A stretch of 64,000 bases of DNA, taken from the NCBI GenBank assembly GCA_036651815.1, contig JAVVXB010000007.1:14192-78191 (forward strand), in the 5' to 3' direction. Within the stretch, counting starts at the first letter, position 1; every line of letters begins with the position of its first letter. The notes beneath the pieces were generated by a model. The model saw only the letters and a list, made by a program, of their open reading frames with translations. It did no database searches and was not told the DNA's origin. Origin of the DNA: Clostridia bacterium. GTDB taxonomy: Bacteria; Bacillota; Clostridia; Christensenellales; CAG-138. A program made the position numbers and the translations under genes. This document shows positions 55,743 to 64,000 of the stretch, piece after piece.

Positions 55743-57563
55743 ATGAAAAAACTTGTATCTGAGCAGATGGTGGATTATCTCGAACGGAGAGGAATCGAAT
55801 ACGTATTTGGTCTTTGTGGGCATACGGTGATCGGCTTTCTCGACGCGCTCTCCAAGAGCGAGAAAATTCACTATATTTCCGTTCGACATGAGCAGATTGC
55901 CGCTACGGCGGCTGATGGTTACGCACGCCTGACCAAGAAGGCGTCCGTGCTCATGTGTCACTTGGGACCAGGAATCACCAACGTAGTCACCGGCGTTGCC
56001 AACGCCGCCTTCGATTCCATCCCAATGGTTATTATCGCTGGCGACGTGCCTAGCTACTATTTCGGTCGTCATCCCCATCAGGAAGTAAACATGCATTGTG
56101 ATGGGTCCCAGTACGAAATTCTCAAACCCGTTGTCAAGCGTGCATGGCGCATTGACGATCCCGAGGCACTGCCGGATATATTGGACAAGGCCTTTCGCAT
56201 GGCCGAGAGTGGGCGTCCCGGCCCTGTGCTCATCGATGTGCCGATGGACATGTTTTCGAGGGAGATTGACACCGATTTGTTTGACCGCACCTACAGGGAC
56301 AGTCATGAAACGATCAAGCCCGCACTGGCACCGGCGGCGGCCGCCGCGATTGCTAAGCGGCTTATGGAGGCAACGCAACCCGTGATTCACGCGGGTGGCG
56401 GTATCCTGCTTTCCGGCGCAAGCAAAGAGTTGCAAGCGCTTGCGGAGTTCTTGGAAATCCCCGTGTCGCGTACGCTGATGGGACAAGGGTGCATCTCTGA
56501 TACGCACCCGCTGATGGCCGGGCAAACCGGCTTCTGGGGTCTCGCCTACACGCATAGGCTGACTACCAATGCAGATGTGATTCTGGCGCTGGGCACCCGC
56601 TTTGCAGAGGCAGACAGCTCGAGCTGGTACCCCGGCGTGACGTTCGACCCCAGAAAAACGACTTTTTTGCAAATTGACATCGATCCGAATGAAATTGGTC
56701 GGAATTATCCGGTGGAGATCGGAGCGGTGGCGGATTTGAAGCTGGCGCTCGCTCAAATACTGGAAGAGGCACGCAAACTAAAGCCCGCCGGTATGAAGCG
56801 GCCCACTGTGATCGCGGAAATCGCCCGTGAACGGGCGGCGTTCCGGGCGGAGAACGAGGCAATTTCAAACGATGGCCGTTATCCCATGACGCCACAACGT
56901 ATTTTAAAAGATATAAAGGCAGTTCTTCCGGAGGATGCCATCTTATTTACGGATGTCGGTTGGAACAAAAATGGCGTCGCCCAGCAGTTTGACGTGACGG
57001 TGCCCGGTACGATTCACCATTCGTCTGGCCTTGCGACCATGGGCTTTGGCGCGTCCGCCCTATTGGGCGGCAAGCTTGCTGCACCGGACAAGGTTGTGCT
57101 GGCGCTTGTGGGCGACGGCGGCTTCGGTACGAATCCATCCTGCATGGCAACTGCGGTGGAGCAGGGAATCAACGTTATTTGGGTGGTCATGAACAACTCC
57201 GCTTTCGGCACCATTGCGGGACTGGAGTATGCGAACTATCAAACTCGCTTCGGTACGGAGTTTCACACGCCTGACGGTAACCGGTATTCTCCCGATTGGG
57301 CAGAGGTTGCCCGTGCGTATGGTGTGGAAGCGGTGCACATTGAGTCGGCAGAGGCATTCCGACCCGCGCTTGAAAGAGCGGTGGCATCAGACCGACCGTA
57401 CCTGCTGGATGTTCCAATGGAGAACATTGCGGTGCCGACGCCTGGCTGCTGGAATATCAACGATATCTATACGCCCAAGGAAAACGTGATCGCGGGAAAG
57501 GTTGTACGGGACCAAGAAGGCGCCTTTATTCCCCCCAATCACTTGGCCTCCCATAAAAGATAA
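55743..57563 (+). CDS. Thiamine-diphosphate-dependent enzyme (acetolactate synthase / sulfoacetaldehyde acetyltransferase superfamily)
   Basis: N-terminal Pyr domain (YVFGLCGHTVIGFLDAL...GPGITNVVTGVANA), central domain, and the ThDP motif GDGGFGTNPSCMATAVEQGINVIWVVMNN. Confidence 0.8.
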   Translation: MKKLVSEQMVDYLERRGIEYVFGLCGHTVIGFLDALSKSEKIHYISVRHEQIAATAADGYARLTKKASVLMCHLGPGITNVVTGVANAAFDSIPMVIIAGDVPSYYFGRHPHQEVNMHCDGSQYEILKPVVKRAWRIDDPEALPDILDKAFRMAESGRPGPVLIDVPMDMFSREIDTDLFDRTYRDSHETIKPALAPAAAAAIAKRLMEATQPVIHAGGGILLSGASKELQALAEFLEIPVSRTLMGQGCISDTHPLMAGQTGFWGLAYTHRLTTNADVILALGTRFAEADSSSWYPGVTFDPRKTTFLQIDIDPNEIGRNYPVEIGAVADLKLALAQILEEARKLKPAGMKRPTVIAEIARERAAFRAENEAISNDGRYPMTPQRILKDIKAVLPEDAILFTDVGWNKNGVAQQFDVTVPGTIHHSSGLATMGFGASALLGGKLAAPDKVVLALVGDGGFGTNPSCMATAVEQGINVIWVVMNNSAFGTIAGLEYANYQTRFGTEFHTPDGNRYSPDWAEVARAYGVEAVHIESAEAFRPALERAVASDRPYLLDVPMENIAVPTPGCWNINDIYTPKENVIAGKVVRDQEGAFIPPNHLASHKR

Positions 57564-57596
57564 GGCGAAAGAACGTATGAAGGAGAGAATTGCGAA

Positions 57597-58433
57597 ATGA
57601 GGAAATACTCGCTTGCTTACCTGACGGTGCCAGGCACGGATCCTGTTAACCAGATTCGCATTGCGGCGGAAGCGGGTTATGATTCTGTGAGCCTGCGCAC
57701 TATCCCCATGCAACTGCCTGGGGAGCCGGATTTTTTGCTGGACAAGGATGTGGCGCTGTTTACCGCAACGAGGAATGCTCTGCAGGAATATGGCATGTCG
57801 CTGATGGATATCGAGCTTGCTCGCATCCGGCCGGACTTGGACGTGAGCTCGTATGCGCCTGCCTTTGAGAAGGCGGCGGAGCTTGGAGCAACCGACGTAT
57901 TAGGCAGCGTCTGGACTCGGGACAAGGTTTACTATATGGAAGCCGCGGCGAAGGGTGCCGACTTGGCTAAGCAATTCGGACTGTGCTACAACATCGAGTT
58001 TCTGCCATGGGCGGGCGTGCGCTCCTTGCAGGAGGCCATCACCCTTGTGGACGAATCCCAGCGGGACAACCTATATATCATGGTTGATACGCTGCATGCG
58101 GGCCGCTCTGGCATGACCGCAAACGAACTCAAGCGAACCGACAAGAAATACTTCCGGTTTATGCACCTTTGCGATGGCCCGGCAGGTCCAGATGGAGATC
58201 CGGTTCTCGACGATATCAAGGATAAGTCCATGTTGTCCTGCGCACGGGAAGGCCGCCTGTATGTTGGCGAAGGGATCATGGACATAGCCGGCATGGTGAG
58301 CGCCGTTCCGTCGGTGCCTTTGTCCATTGAACTGCCTAATCTGAAGGAGATGGAAAAGCGGGGCGCGGCGGGGCATGCAAAACGCTGCCTTGAGACGGCC
58401 AAGGCTTATTTCGCCGCAAGGGGCATTGAATAA
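57597..58433 (+). CDS. Xylose-isomerase-like TIM-barrel protein (sugar phosphate isomerase/epimerase family)
   Basis: Length about 278 aa, AAGGAGAG RBS, alternating beta/alpha pattern with conserved H/D/E positions (MVDTLHA, MHLCDG, LSIELP). Confidence 0.65.
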   Translation: MRKYSLAYLTVPGTDPVNQIRIAAEAGYDSVSLRTIPMQLPGEPDFLLDKDVALFTATRNALQEYGMSLMDIELARIRPDLDVSSYAPAFEKAAELGATDVLGSVWTRDKVYYMEAAAKGADLAKQFGLCYNIEFLPWAGVRSLQEAITLVDESQRDNLYIMVDTLHAGRSGMTANELKRTDKKYFRFMHLCDGPAGPDGDPVLDDIKDKSMLSCAREGRLYVGEGIMDIAGMVSAVPSVPLSIELPNLKEMEKRGAAGHAKRCLETAKAYFAARGIE

Positions 58434-58505
58434 ACGATTGACGCATTGCGGGTGTATAGCTCGTGCAGCGTTATAAAATCTACAGAATATAAGGAGCATA
58501 GCACC

Positions 58506-59927
58506 ATGGCAGACAGAGAGATTACAGCGGAAGAACAACAATTGATGGACGAAATGTTCAAGAAGGCAGATGCGGCCGCGAAGATTATTGAGACCTATGA
58601 CCAAGAACGCGTGGACAAGTTGATTCAGGCGGTTGCGTGGAGCGTGGCAAACCTTCGCACCTGGAAGCCGCTGGCATATGAGGCGGTTGCGGAAACCGGC
58701 CTTGGCGATCCGATTGGAAAGACCAACAAGCGCAACAAGGTTCGGGGCATTCTTCGGGATTCACTGCGCGCAAAGAGTGTGGGCGCAATTGAGGAGATCC
58801 CCGAAAAAGGCCTTACCAAGTACGCAAAGCCGGTCGGCATCATCGCCTCCCTCGTTCCGACAACAAATCCCGTTTTAACACCTGTAGGACAGGCCGTGTA
58901 CGGCATCAAAGCGCGCGACGTTATGATTTTTTCACCCCATCCCCGTGCGAAGGCTGTCACAAAGAAGGCCATCGACATCATGCGTGAAACGCTGGTGCGG
59001 GAAGGTGCGCCTGCGGACATTCTCCAGTGCATTGAGCAACCGAGCATTCCGCTGACCAAGGAGCTTATGAATCGCGCAAATCTCGTTATCGCGACGGGCG
59101 GACGGCCTATGGTGAAATCCGCTTACAGCTCCGGTACCCCTGCATACGGCTCTGGCGCAGGTAATTCCACCATGATCATCGACGAGACTGCTGACGTCAA
59201 GGAAGCGGCCATGAACACACGCATTAGCAAGTACAGCGACTTTGGCTCTGGCTGCTCCTGCGACGGCAACCTTATCATCCATGGTTCCATATATGATGCC
59301 ATGGTACAGGCGCTCAAGGATGAGGGCGGTTACCTGGCCAATCCAGAGCAGGCGGAAGCCCTCAAGAAGGTGATGTGGGATGAGAGCGGCCACCGTCTAC
59401 CGGACACCGTTGCGGTTTCGGCCCAGGCGCTTGCACAGGCCGCCGGTTTTTCCATTGATTCTTCCTGCAAGTTTATCATGGTGGATGGTGAAAACAAGAT
59501 CGGCAAGGAGTACTTTTTCTCTTCGGAGAAGTTGACGACGCTGCTGGCGCTTTTCCGCTATGAAGGCGAGTTTGAGAACGCTCTGAATATGATGCGTGCC
59601 ATCTATAACGTTGGTGGCAAGGGCCACTCCTGCGGCATCTACTCTTTTGATGATTCGCATATTCATCGCCTAGCGATGGCGGCGCCTGTCAGCCGCATCA
59701 TGGTGCGTCAGCCCCAGAACAAGGCGAACGCCGGTTCCTTTACCAACGGTATGCCGATGACCTCATCTATGGGTTGCGGCACCTGGGGCGGCAATATCGT
59801 TTCTGAAAACATCTGTCTCAAGCACTATATGAACACGACGTGGGTAGCACGTACCATTCTTGAGGATAAGCCCTCCGATGAGGAGCTATTTGGCGAATAC
59901 TATGATCCGGCGTTGGATCTCGAGTAA
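58506..59927 (+). CDS. CoA-acylating aldehyde dehydrogenase (EutE/PduP-like ALDH family)
   Basis: AAGGAG RBS; ALDH blocks VPTTNPV, ATGGRPMVKSAYSSGTPAYGSGAGN, and a catalytic-Cys region FGSGCSCDGN. It lacks the long NAD-ALDH C-terminus. Confidence 0.75.
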   Translation: MADREITAEEQQLMDEMFKKADAAAKIIETYDQERVDKLIQAVAWSVANLRTWKPLAYEAVAETGLGDPIGKTNKRNKVRGILRDSLRAKSVGAIEEIPEKGLTKYAKPVGIIASLVPTTNPVLTPVGQAVYGIKARDVMIFSPHPRAKAVTKKAIDIMRETLVREGAPADILQCIEQPSIPLTKELMNRANLVIATGGRPMVKSAYSSGTPAYGSGAGNSTMIIDETADVKEAAMNTRISKYSDFGSGCSCDGNLIIHGSIYDAMVQALKDEGGYLANPEQAEALKKVMWDESGHRLPDTVAVSAQALAQAAGFSIDSSCKFIMVDGENKIGKEYFFSSEKLTTLLALFRYEGEFENALNMMRAIYNVGGKGHSCGIYSFDDSHIHRLAMAAPVSRIMVRQPQNKANAGSFTNGMPMTSSMGCGTWGGNIVSENICLKHYMNTTWVARTILEDKPSDEELFGEYYDPALDLE

Positions 59928-59979
59928 AGAAAACAGGCGAAACCTTGGCGGGGGCGTCTGGAAGATTGATTGTAGAGAA

Positions 59980-60007
59980 AAGCCATCCGTTTTTATGCGG
60001 GTGGCTT
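59980..60007 (+). terminator. Probable terminator of the long co-directional array
   Basis: 10-bp stem AAGCCATCCG / CGGGTGGCTT (one G-U pair), 8-nt loop, weak U-tract (CGTTCGTT). Confidence 0.45.
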
Positions 60008-60219
60008 CGTTCGTTGATAGAATGGATGCCATAAAACAGCCGCTCTGAAGGCCATGATTGGCAAGCAGAGCGGCAAAATGGGCCGTAACAATTTTGGAAT
60101 TACTATTTTGCAGGTACCATTATGTGTTGATCGCTGAATCAATGTTGCAATGGATGGGGTAATGAAATCAAAACATGATCAGCTGTAAACCGTTTGTGGC
60201 GAGAGCGCACCTTAGGTAC

Positions 60220-60292
60220 AAAAAAGCCCAGAAAATCCGGGCTTTCCGCATAGAAAAAGTACCCACGAAACGTATCATCTCGTGAGTACTTT
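60220..60292 (-). other. Two consecutive hairpins in an ORF-free spacer; the distal one is terminator-like on the minus strand
   Basis: Hairpin at 60256-60292 (AAAGTACCCACGA / TCGTGAGTACTTT, 12 of 13 pairs). Hairpin at 60223-60245 (AAAGCCC / GGGCTTT) is followed on the minus strand by T6. Confidence 0.4.
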
Positions 60293-60337
60293 GCTGGCTA
60301 AACCCTCACAAAGTGATACAATCGCGCGATTCAGTGG

Positions 60338-60370
60338 GGTGGGTGCAAATTGAGATTGGTGGGTGCAAAT
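60338..60370. repeat. Perfect 13-bp direct repeat with 20-bp phasing
   Basis: GGTGGGTGCAAAT occurs at 60338-60350 and again at 60358-60370, separated by TGAGATT. Confidence 0.9.
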
Positions 60371-60575
60371 CATATTTAGGCCTTGGATCGAAAGCCGATA
60401 ATCTGATATGGGGTATCATCGTTAACTAAAGGAATCATTGGGGATTTTGGGGAAAAGCAGTAAAAAAGCAACACATAGCAGTATAATAATAAATTACTTA
60501 AATTTTGCAGAGTCAAAACTGTATGCATAAAACACAGCAATATAAGTTGCATGTATTATGTTTGTGCATGAAATA

Positions 60576-60609
60576 AGTAGATATAGAAAATGAGGTTCAT
60601 ATATCTACT
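60576..60609 (-). terminator. Probable terminator of the AraC-family gene
   Basis: Perfect 10-bp stem AGTAGATATA / TATATCTACT with a 14-nt loop, 42 nt past the stop; T-rich tail on the minus strand. Confidence 0.45.
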
Positions 60610-60650
60610 GCTGTTAAAAAATGTTCTTTGCTTCTCATACGCTTATAAAT

Positions 60651-61496
60651 TTAATTGCCAGATCGCCATGTTCTGCGATATTCAGCAGGCGTCATTTTTT
60701 CGTGCTCTCGAAAAATCCTAATAAAGTAGCTGGAGCTTTCGATCCCTGTCTCTTCCGCAACAGCGGAGACGGGAATTTCTGTCATGCGCAGTAGCTCCTT
60801 TGCGCGAGAAATACGGATATTGACCAAAAACTGATTGGGTGTTTGACCGGTTTTCATGACAAAGAGTTTTTGCAGATAGGTTTTATTCAGAGAAATGAAG
60901 TCGGCAAGTACGTCCAATGTAATCTTTCGTTTATAGTTGGCGTTAATAAAATCCTGCGCTTGACGAACGTATTTTGACTGAACTCCGCTATCGTCACGCG
61001 CAACGGACGTGATGCATTCGGTTTGAATCTGCAGCAACAGGGTGGAAGCCAGCAAATCTGTGTTTTGTGCCGACTGCTGTTTGTATAATCCAATGAGCGA
61101 ATACATGTTTTGCACGACGGTGCTATTTGGCGGGAGCCTGCCAGTATTTCCGCCGTTTATTCGGATGAACCGATCATACAGATATTCGCTTGCTCCACCA
61201 TAAAAGTGAAGCCAGAGAACACGCCAGTTTCCTGTACGCGGACTGGTTAAATAGTACTGAGGATTTTGACAATCGATCCAGAAGAAATGTCCTTGCGGTA
61301 GATACACTTCTTGGTTTTCGTAGGAAAGATACCCTTCTCCGGAAAGCGTGTACTTGATCAGATATGACGGCAACCCTTCGCGTTTTGTAAAATACTTTTC
61401 GTGCGCGATGAAATCACCCAACTCTTGAACGAACGGAAGATTTTCTTTCGTCTCCTGCTGTGAAGAGACGATCAACCATTCGGATTCCGGTTCCAT
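60651..61496 (-). CDS. AraC-family transcriptional regulator (RhaR/RhaS-like, cupin + HTH)
   Basis: C-terminal double HTH (LNKTYLQKLFVMKTGQTPNQFLVNIRISRAKELL...VAEETGIESSSYFIRIFREHEKMTPAEYR). The track start TTG 61562 lies upstream of a TATAAT (about 61551-61546, minus strand), so the real start is more likely ATG 61496 or GTG 61520. Confidence 0.85.
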   Translation of the reverse strand: MEPESEWLIVSSQQETKENLPFVQELGDFIAHEKYFTKREGLPSYLIKYTLSGEGYLSYENQEVYLPQGHFFWIDCQNPQYYLTSPRTGNWRVLWLHFYGGASEYLYDRFIRINGGNTGRLPPNSTVVQNMYSLIGLYKQQSAQNTDLLASTLLLQIQTECITSVARDDSGVQSKYVRQAQDFINANYKRKITLDVLADFISLNKTYLQKLFVMKTGQTPNQFLVNIRISRAKELLRMTEIPVSAVAEETGIESSSYFIRIFREHEKMTPAEYRRTWRSGN

Positions 61497-61660
61497 ATCG
61501 ATTTGATAAGTAAGATTCACACCTATACTCCAAAATACCAATATTTTATTATATTCTAGCAAGAATCATTGATGTAAACAATAGAAAAGGGACTTATACT
61601 GTAATTGCAGTATACCACGAAATGTATATTCATATCACAATATTGATCGGGGGAAGTCGT

Positions 61661-62920
61661 ATGAGAGAAAAAATGATAACTCACGGATTCGAAATTGCCA
61701 AGGAACAATACGCCGCTTGCGGCGTCGATGTCGAGGTTGCGATTGCGCGTGCAGACGCAATTCCCGTATCTATGCATTGCTGGCAGGGGGATGATGTCAT
61801 CGGATTTGACGGCTCGGACGCGCTTTCCGGCGGCATTCAGACGACGGGAAATTACCCCGGACGCGCCCGTACGCCTGAGGAACTGCGCGCCGACATTGAC
61901 AAGGCGATTTCGATGATTCCCGGCAAAACAAAGCTGAGTCTTCACGCCTGCTATGCTGAAAAGAATGGCAAAGTCATTGATCGCGACGCATATACCATCG
62001 CAGAGTTCTCCAATTGGCTGGATTGGGCAAAAGCTGGAAAGATCGGACTTGATTTCAACCCGACTTACTTTTCACATCCCATGATGGAGGGGGATTTTTC
62101 TCTAAGCAGCTATGATGCGGCCAAACGCCGGTTCTGGATTGAACACGGCAAGAGATGCCTTGAGATCGCCGGTGCATTTGCAGAGGGGACGGGCCAACCC
62201 TGCACGGTGAATTTTTGGATGCCCGACGGGTATAAAGATACCTGCGCAGATACGGCTAAGCACCGTGAGCTCATGACGCAGTCTTTGGATGAGATATTCG
62301 CAACCGCTTACGATAAGAAGAACGTATTTTCGTCGATCGAGAGCAAACTCTTTGGCGTTGGAGTGGAGAGTTATACCGTCGCTAGCCACGAATATTCGCT
62401 TGGTTATGCCATCAGCCGGAACCTACTCTATACGCTAGATGCCGGACATTTTCACCCGACCGAGGTCATTAGCGCGAAGATCTCTGCGGTGCTTCAGTTT
62501 GTGGATCAAATTCTGCTGCATGTCAGCCGTGGCGTGCGCTGGGACAGCGACCACGTCATCACGCTCGATGACGAGTTGCAACGCATCATGGACGAGATCG
62601 TCTGGAACAACTATGAAAAGCGTGTGTTCATCGGACTGGACTATTTTGACGCTTCTATCAACCGCATCGCGGCCTGGGCTGTTGGCATGCGCAATGCCAG
62701 AAAAGCGATTCTCAACGCCTGCCTCTCACCGGTGGCGGCGATTCGCTCTGCTGAGTACAGCGGAGACTATACCGCGCGGCTGGTTCAGCTGGAAGACCGT
62801 AAAACGCTGCCGTTCGGTCTCGTCTGGGCATATTACTGCGAGAGTCGCGGTGTTGCGGTGGACGGACTCTGGCTGGACGACGTGAAAAATTACGAGCGGG
62901 ATACTTTGAGCAAGCGCTAA
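61661..62920 (+). CDS. rhaA: L-rhamnose isomerase
   Basis: EIAKEQYAACGVDVEVAIARADAIPVSMHCWQGDDVIGF matches the RhaA N-terminal signature. Length about 420 aa; divergent from the AraC regulator. Confidence 0.92.
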   Translation: MREKMITHGFEIAKEQYAACGVDVEVAIARADAIPVSMHCWQGDDVIGFDGSDALSGGIQTTGNYPGRARTPEELRADIDKAISMIPGKTKLSLHACYAEKNGKVIDRDAYTIAEFSNWLDWAKAGKIGLDFNPTYFSHPMMEGDFSLSSYDAAKRRFWIEHGKRCLEIAGAFAEGTGQPCTVNFWMPDGYKDTCADTAKHRELMTQSLDEIFATAYDKKNVFSSIESKLFGVGVESYTVASHEYSLGYAISRNLLYTLDAGHFHPTEVISAKISAVLQFVDQILLHVSRGVRWDSDHVITLDDELQRIMDEIVWNNYEKRVFIGLDYFDASINRIAAWAVGMRNARKAILNACLSPVAAIRSAEYSGDYTARLVQLEDRKTLPFGLVWAYYCESRGVAVDGLWLDDVKNYERDTLSKR

Positions 62921-62968
62921 GCACGCGAATATTCCGCAACTAGAATAAGAAGCAACGGTGGTTATGAT

Positions 62969-64000
62969 ATGAGCACTTTTTCAGAAAAGTATGTATCGAC
63001 ATTAGAAGAATATTCGCGCGTCTCGCGGGAGGCGGGCTCGCGCCGGGACTTTGTGCAGGGCGGCGGCGGCAATACATCAGTCAAGCTGGATGATCGCCTG
63101 ATGGCGGTGAAGGCGTCCGGTTTCTGCCTGGGCGACGTGATGCCGGATCACGCCTACGCGGTGATGAACTATGCGGATATCCGCGCGTTCTATCGAGGGC
63201 ATGAGGCGACAGATTTCGAAGATGCCGAAAAGAACGGATCGGAGCTTGCGAAGGCTTCAACCATATTGGTAGAGGGAATCGCGCCGCTGCGCCCCTCCGT
63301 CGAGGCGGGGTTTCATTCCCTGCTCGGCAAATTCGTCATCCACAGCCACAGCGTCTACACGAACTTTGCCTGCTGCGCGGTCGAGATGCACAAAATTCTT
63401 GCCGACGTGCTCAAGGACGCGGACTTCTGGGGCGTGGTACCGTATATCGACCCCGGCGCGCGGCTTTCGTTCGCGATTCGAGACGAGTTGGATCGCGTGG
63501 AGCGCGCAACCGGCAAAATCCCCACCGTGCTGTTCATGCAAAACCACGGGCTGATCGTGCATGAGGAAACCGAGGACAAATGCCTTGCGCTGCACAGCGC
63601 GGTCAACACACGGTTTGCGGAAGCATTCGGCGTTGCGGCGGATTCGTTTGATACGATGAATTTGGAAGCGTATATCGCAGACAAGCTGCGCGCGCGTTCC
63701 TATGAAGGGTCGTTCTTTATCGAAACGCCGCTTTATCCCGACCAGATGGTGTTCTTCAACGGTACCCTTAGCTTCGGAACCGCCGAACCGCAAAGCGGTG
63801 AGGTGCTGCTGGATTTGAGCAGCGGAAAAATTCGCTCTACAGCGGGAGAAGCGCAGACGCGTGTCGTGACGGAAACCATCGCCGCGGTGCTTTTTATTCA
63901 GGAGCAGATCGAGAAAAAGGGATATACGCTCTCGACCATGGGCGAGAAAGCCAAGCATTTCATCGCGAATTGGGAGAGCGAGAAATATCGAAAATCTCTG
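62969..64000 (+). CDS. Class II aldolase/adducin-domain protein, N-terminal part of a rhamnulose-1-phosphate aldolase/dehydrogenase-like enzyme (3' end beyond window)
   Basis: Translated by hand from ATG 62969; the frame is open to nt 64000 (344 codons). Motifs QGGGGNTSVKL, RPSVEAGFHS, HSHSVYTN, LFMQNHGLIVHEE. Not in the ORF track because no stop is reached. Confidence 0.8.
   Translation, partial: MSTFSEKYVSTLEEYSRVSREAGSRRDFVQGGGGNTSVKLDDRLMAVKASGFCLGDVMPDHAYAVMNYADIRAFYRGHEATDFEDAEKNGSELAKASTILVEGIAPLRPSVEAGFHSLLGKFVIHSHSVYTNFACCAVEMHKILADVLKDADFWGVVPYIDPGARLSFAIRDELDRVERATGKIPTVLFMQNHGLIVHEETEDKCLALHSAVNTRFAEAFGVAADSFDTMNLEAYIADKLRARSYEGSFFIETPLYPDQMVFFNGTLSFGTAEPQSGEVLLDLSSGKIRSTAGEAQTRVVTETIAAVLFIQEQIEKKGYTLSTMGEKAKHFIANWESEKYRKSL

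Noticed and set aside
1-64000. Search for CRISPR arrays, tRNA/rRNA genes, transposases, integrases, phage or toxin-antitoxin modules and known defence genes
   Set aside because: I saw no repeat-spacer periodicity, no cloverleaf-like or rRNA-like segments, and no ORF with recombinase, transposase or typical defence-domain motifs. The window reads as core chromosome plus metabolic accessory loci.

Overview
This is a chromosomal window from a Gram-positive, Clostridia-like bacterium. Supporting signs are moderate GC, GGAGG-type ribosome-binding sites, lipobox signal peptides and dockerin-like repeats; the exact taxon cannot be proven from the sequence. I can support about 58 protein-coding genes plus a set of intrinsic terminators and sigma-A-like promoters. 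I found no rRNA, tRNA, CRISPR array, transposase, integrase or phage genes. From the left, the window holds a GGDEF-PAS cyclase (5' truncated), a HAD phosphatase, VanW, DUF975 and a GT4 glycosyltransferase. Next come three tandem phosphodiester-glycosidase (DUF2233/NAGPA-like) paralogs, a MacAB-type HlyD/ABC/FtsX exporter, trmL and rpmB. The most unusual locus follows: a 1,600-aa mosaic protein combining an HD phosphohydrolase, HEAT-like repeats, a NadD/NMNAT-type nucleotidyltransferase, a GNAT-like region and a PRT-like C-terminus. It is translationally coupled to an LDH/MDH-like dehydrogenase and a two-module flavodoxin/FMN-reductase-like protein. After that come NUDIX, DUF1232, DMT/EamA, DUF368 and HAD genes, then a minus-strand liv (branched-chain amino acid) ABC operon preceded by a promoter-sORF-terminator leader. 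Further right are a polytopic membrane protein, DUF1015, aspartokinase, a GNAT, and a LysR regulator divergent from aroD. A roughly 20-kb co-directional array follows: aroE-aroA-aroC, a Dpp/Opp-type ABC importer, and nine enzymes or transporters (PrpD/MmgE-like, FAD oxidoreductase, cysteine-desulfidase-like, PatB-type C-S lyase, DMT, HMG-CoA-lyase-like, ThDP enzyme, TIM-barrel isomerase, acylating aldehyde dehydrogenase). I cannot assign that array to a named pathway. The window ends with an AraC regulator, rhaA and a 3'-truncated rhamnulose-1-phosphate-aldolase-like gene. All family calls come from motif recognition in the supplied translations; no database search was run.
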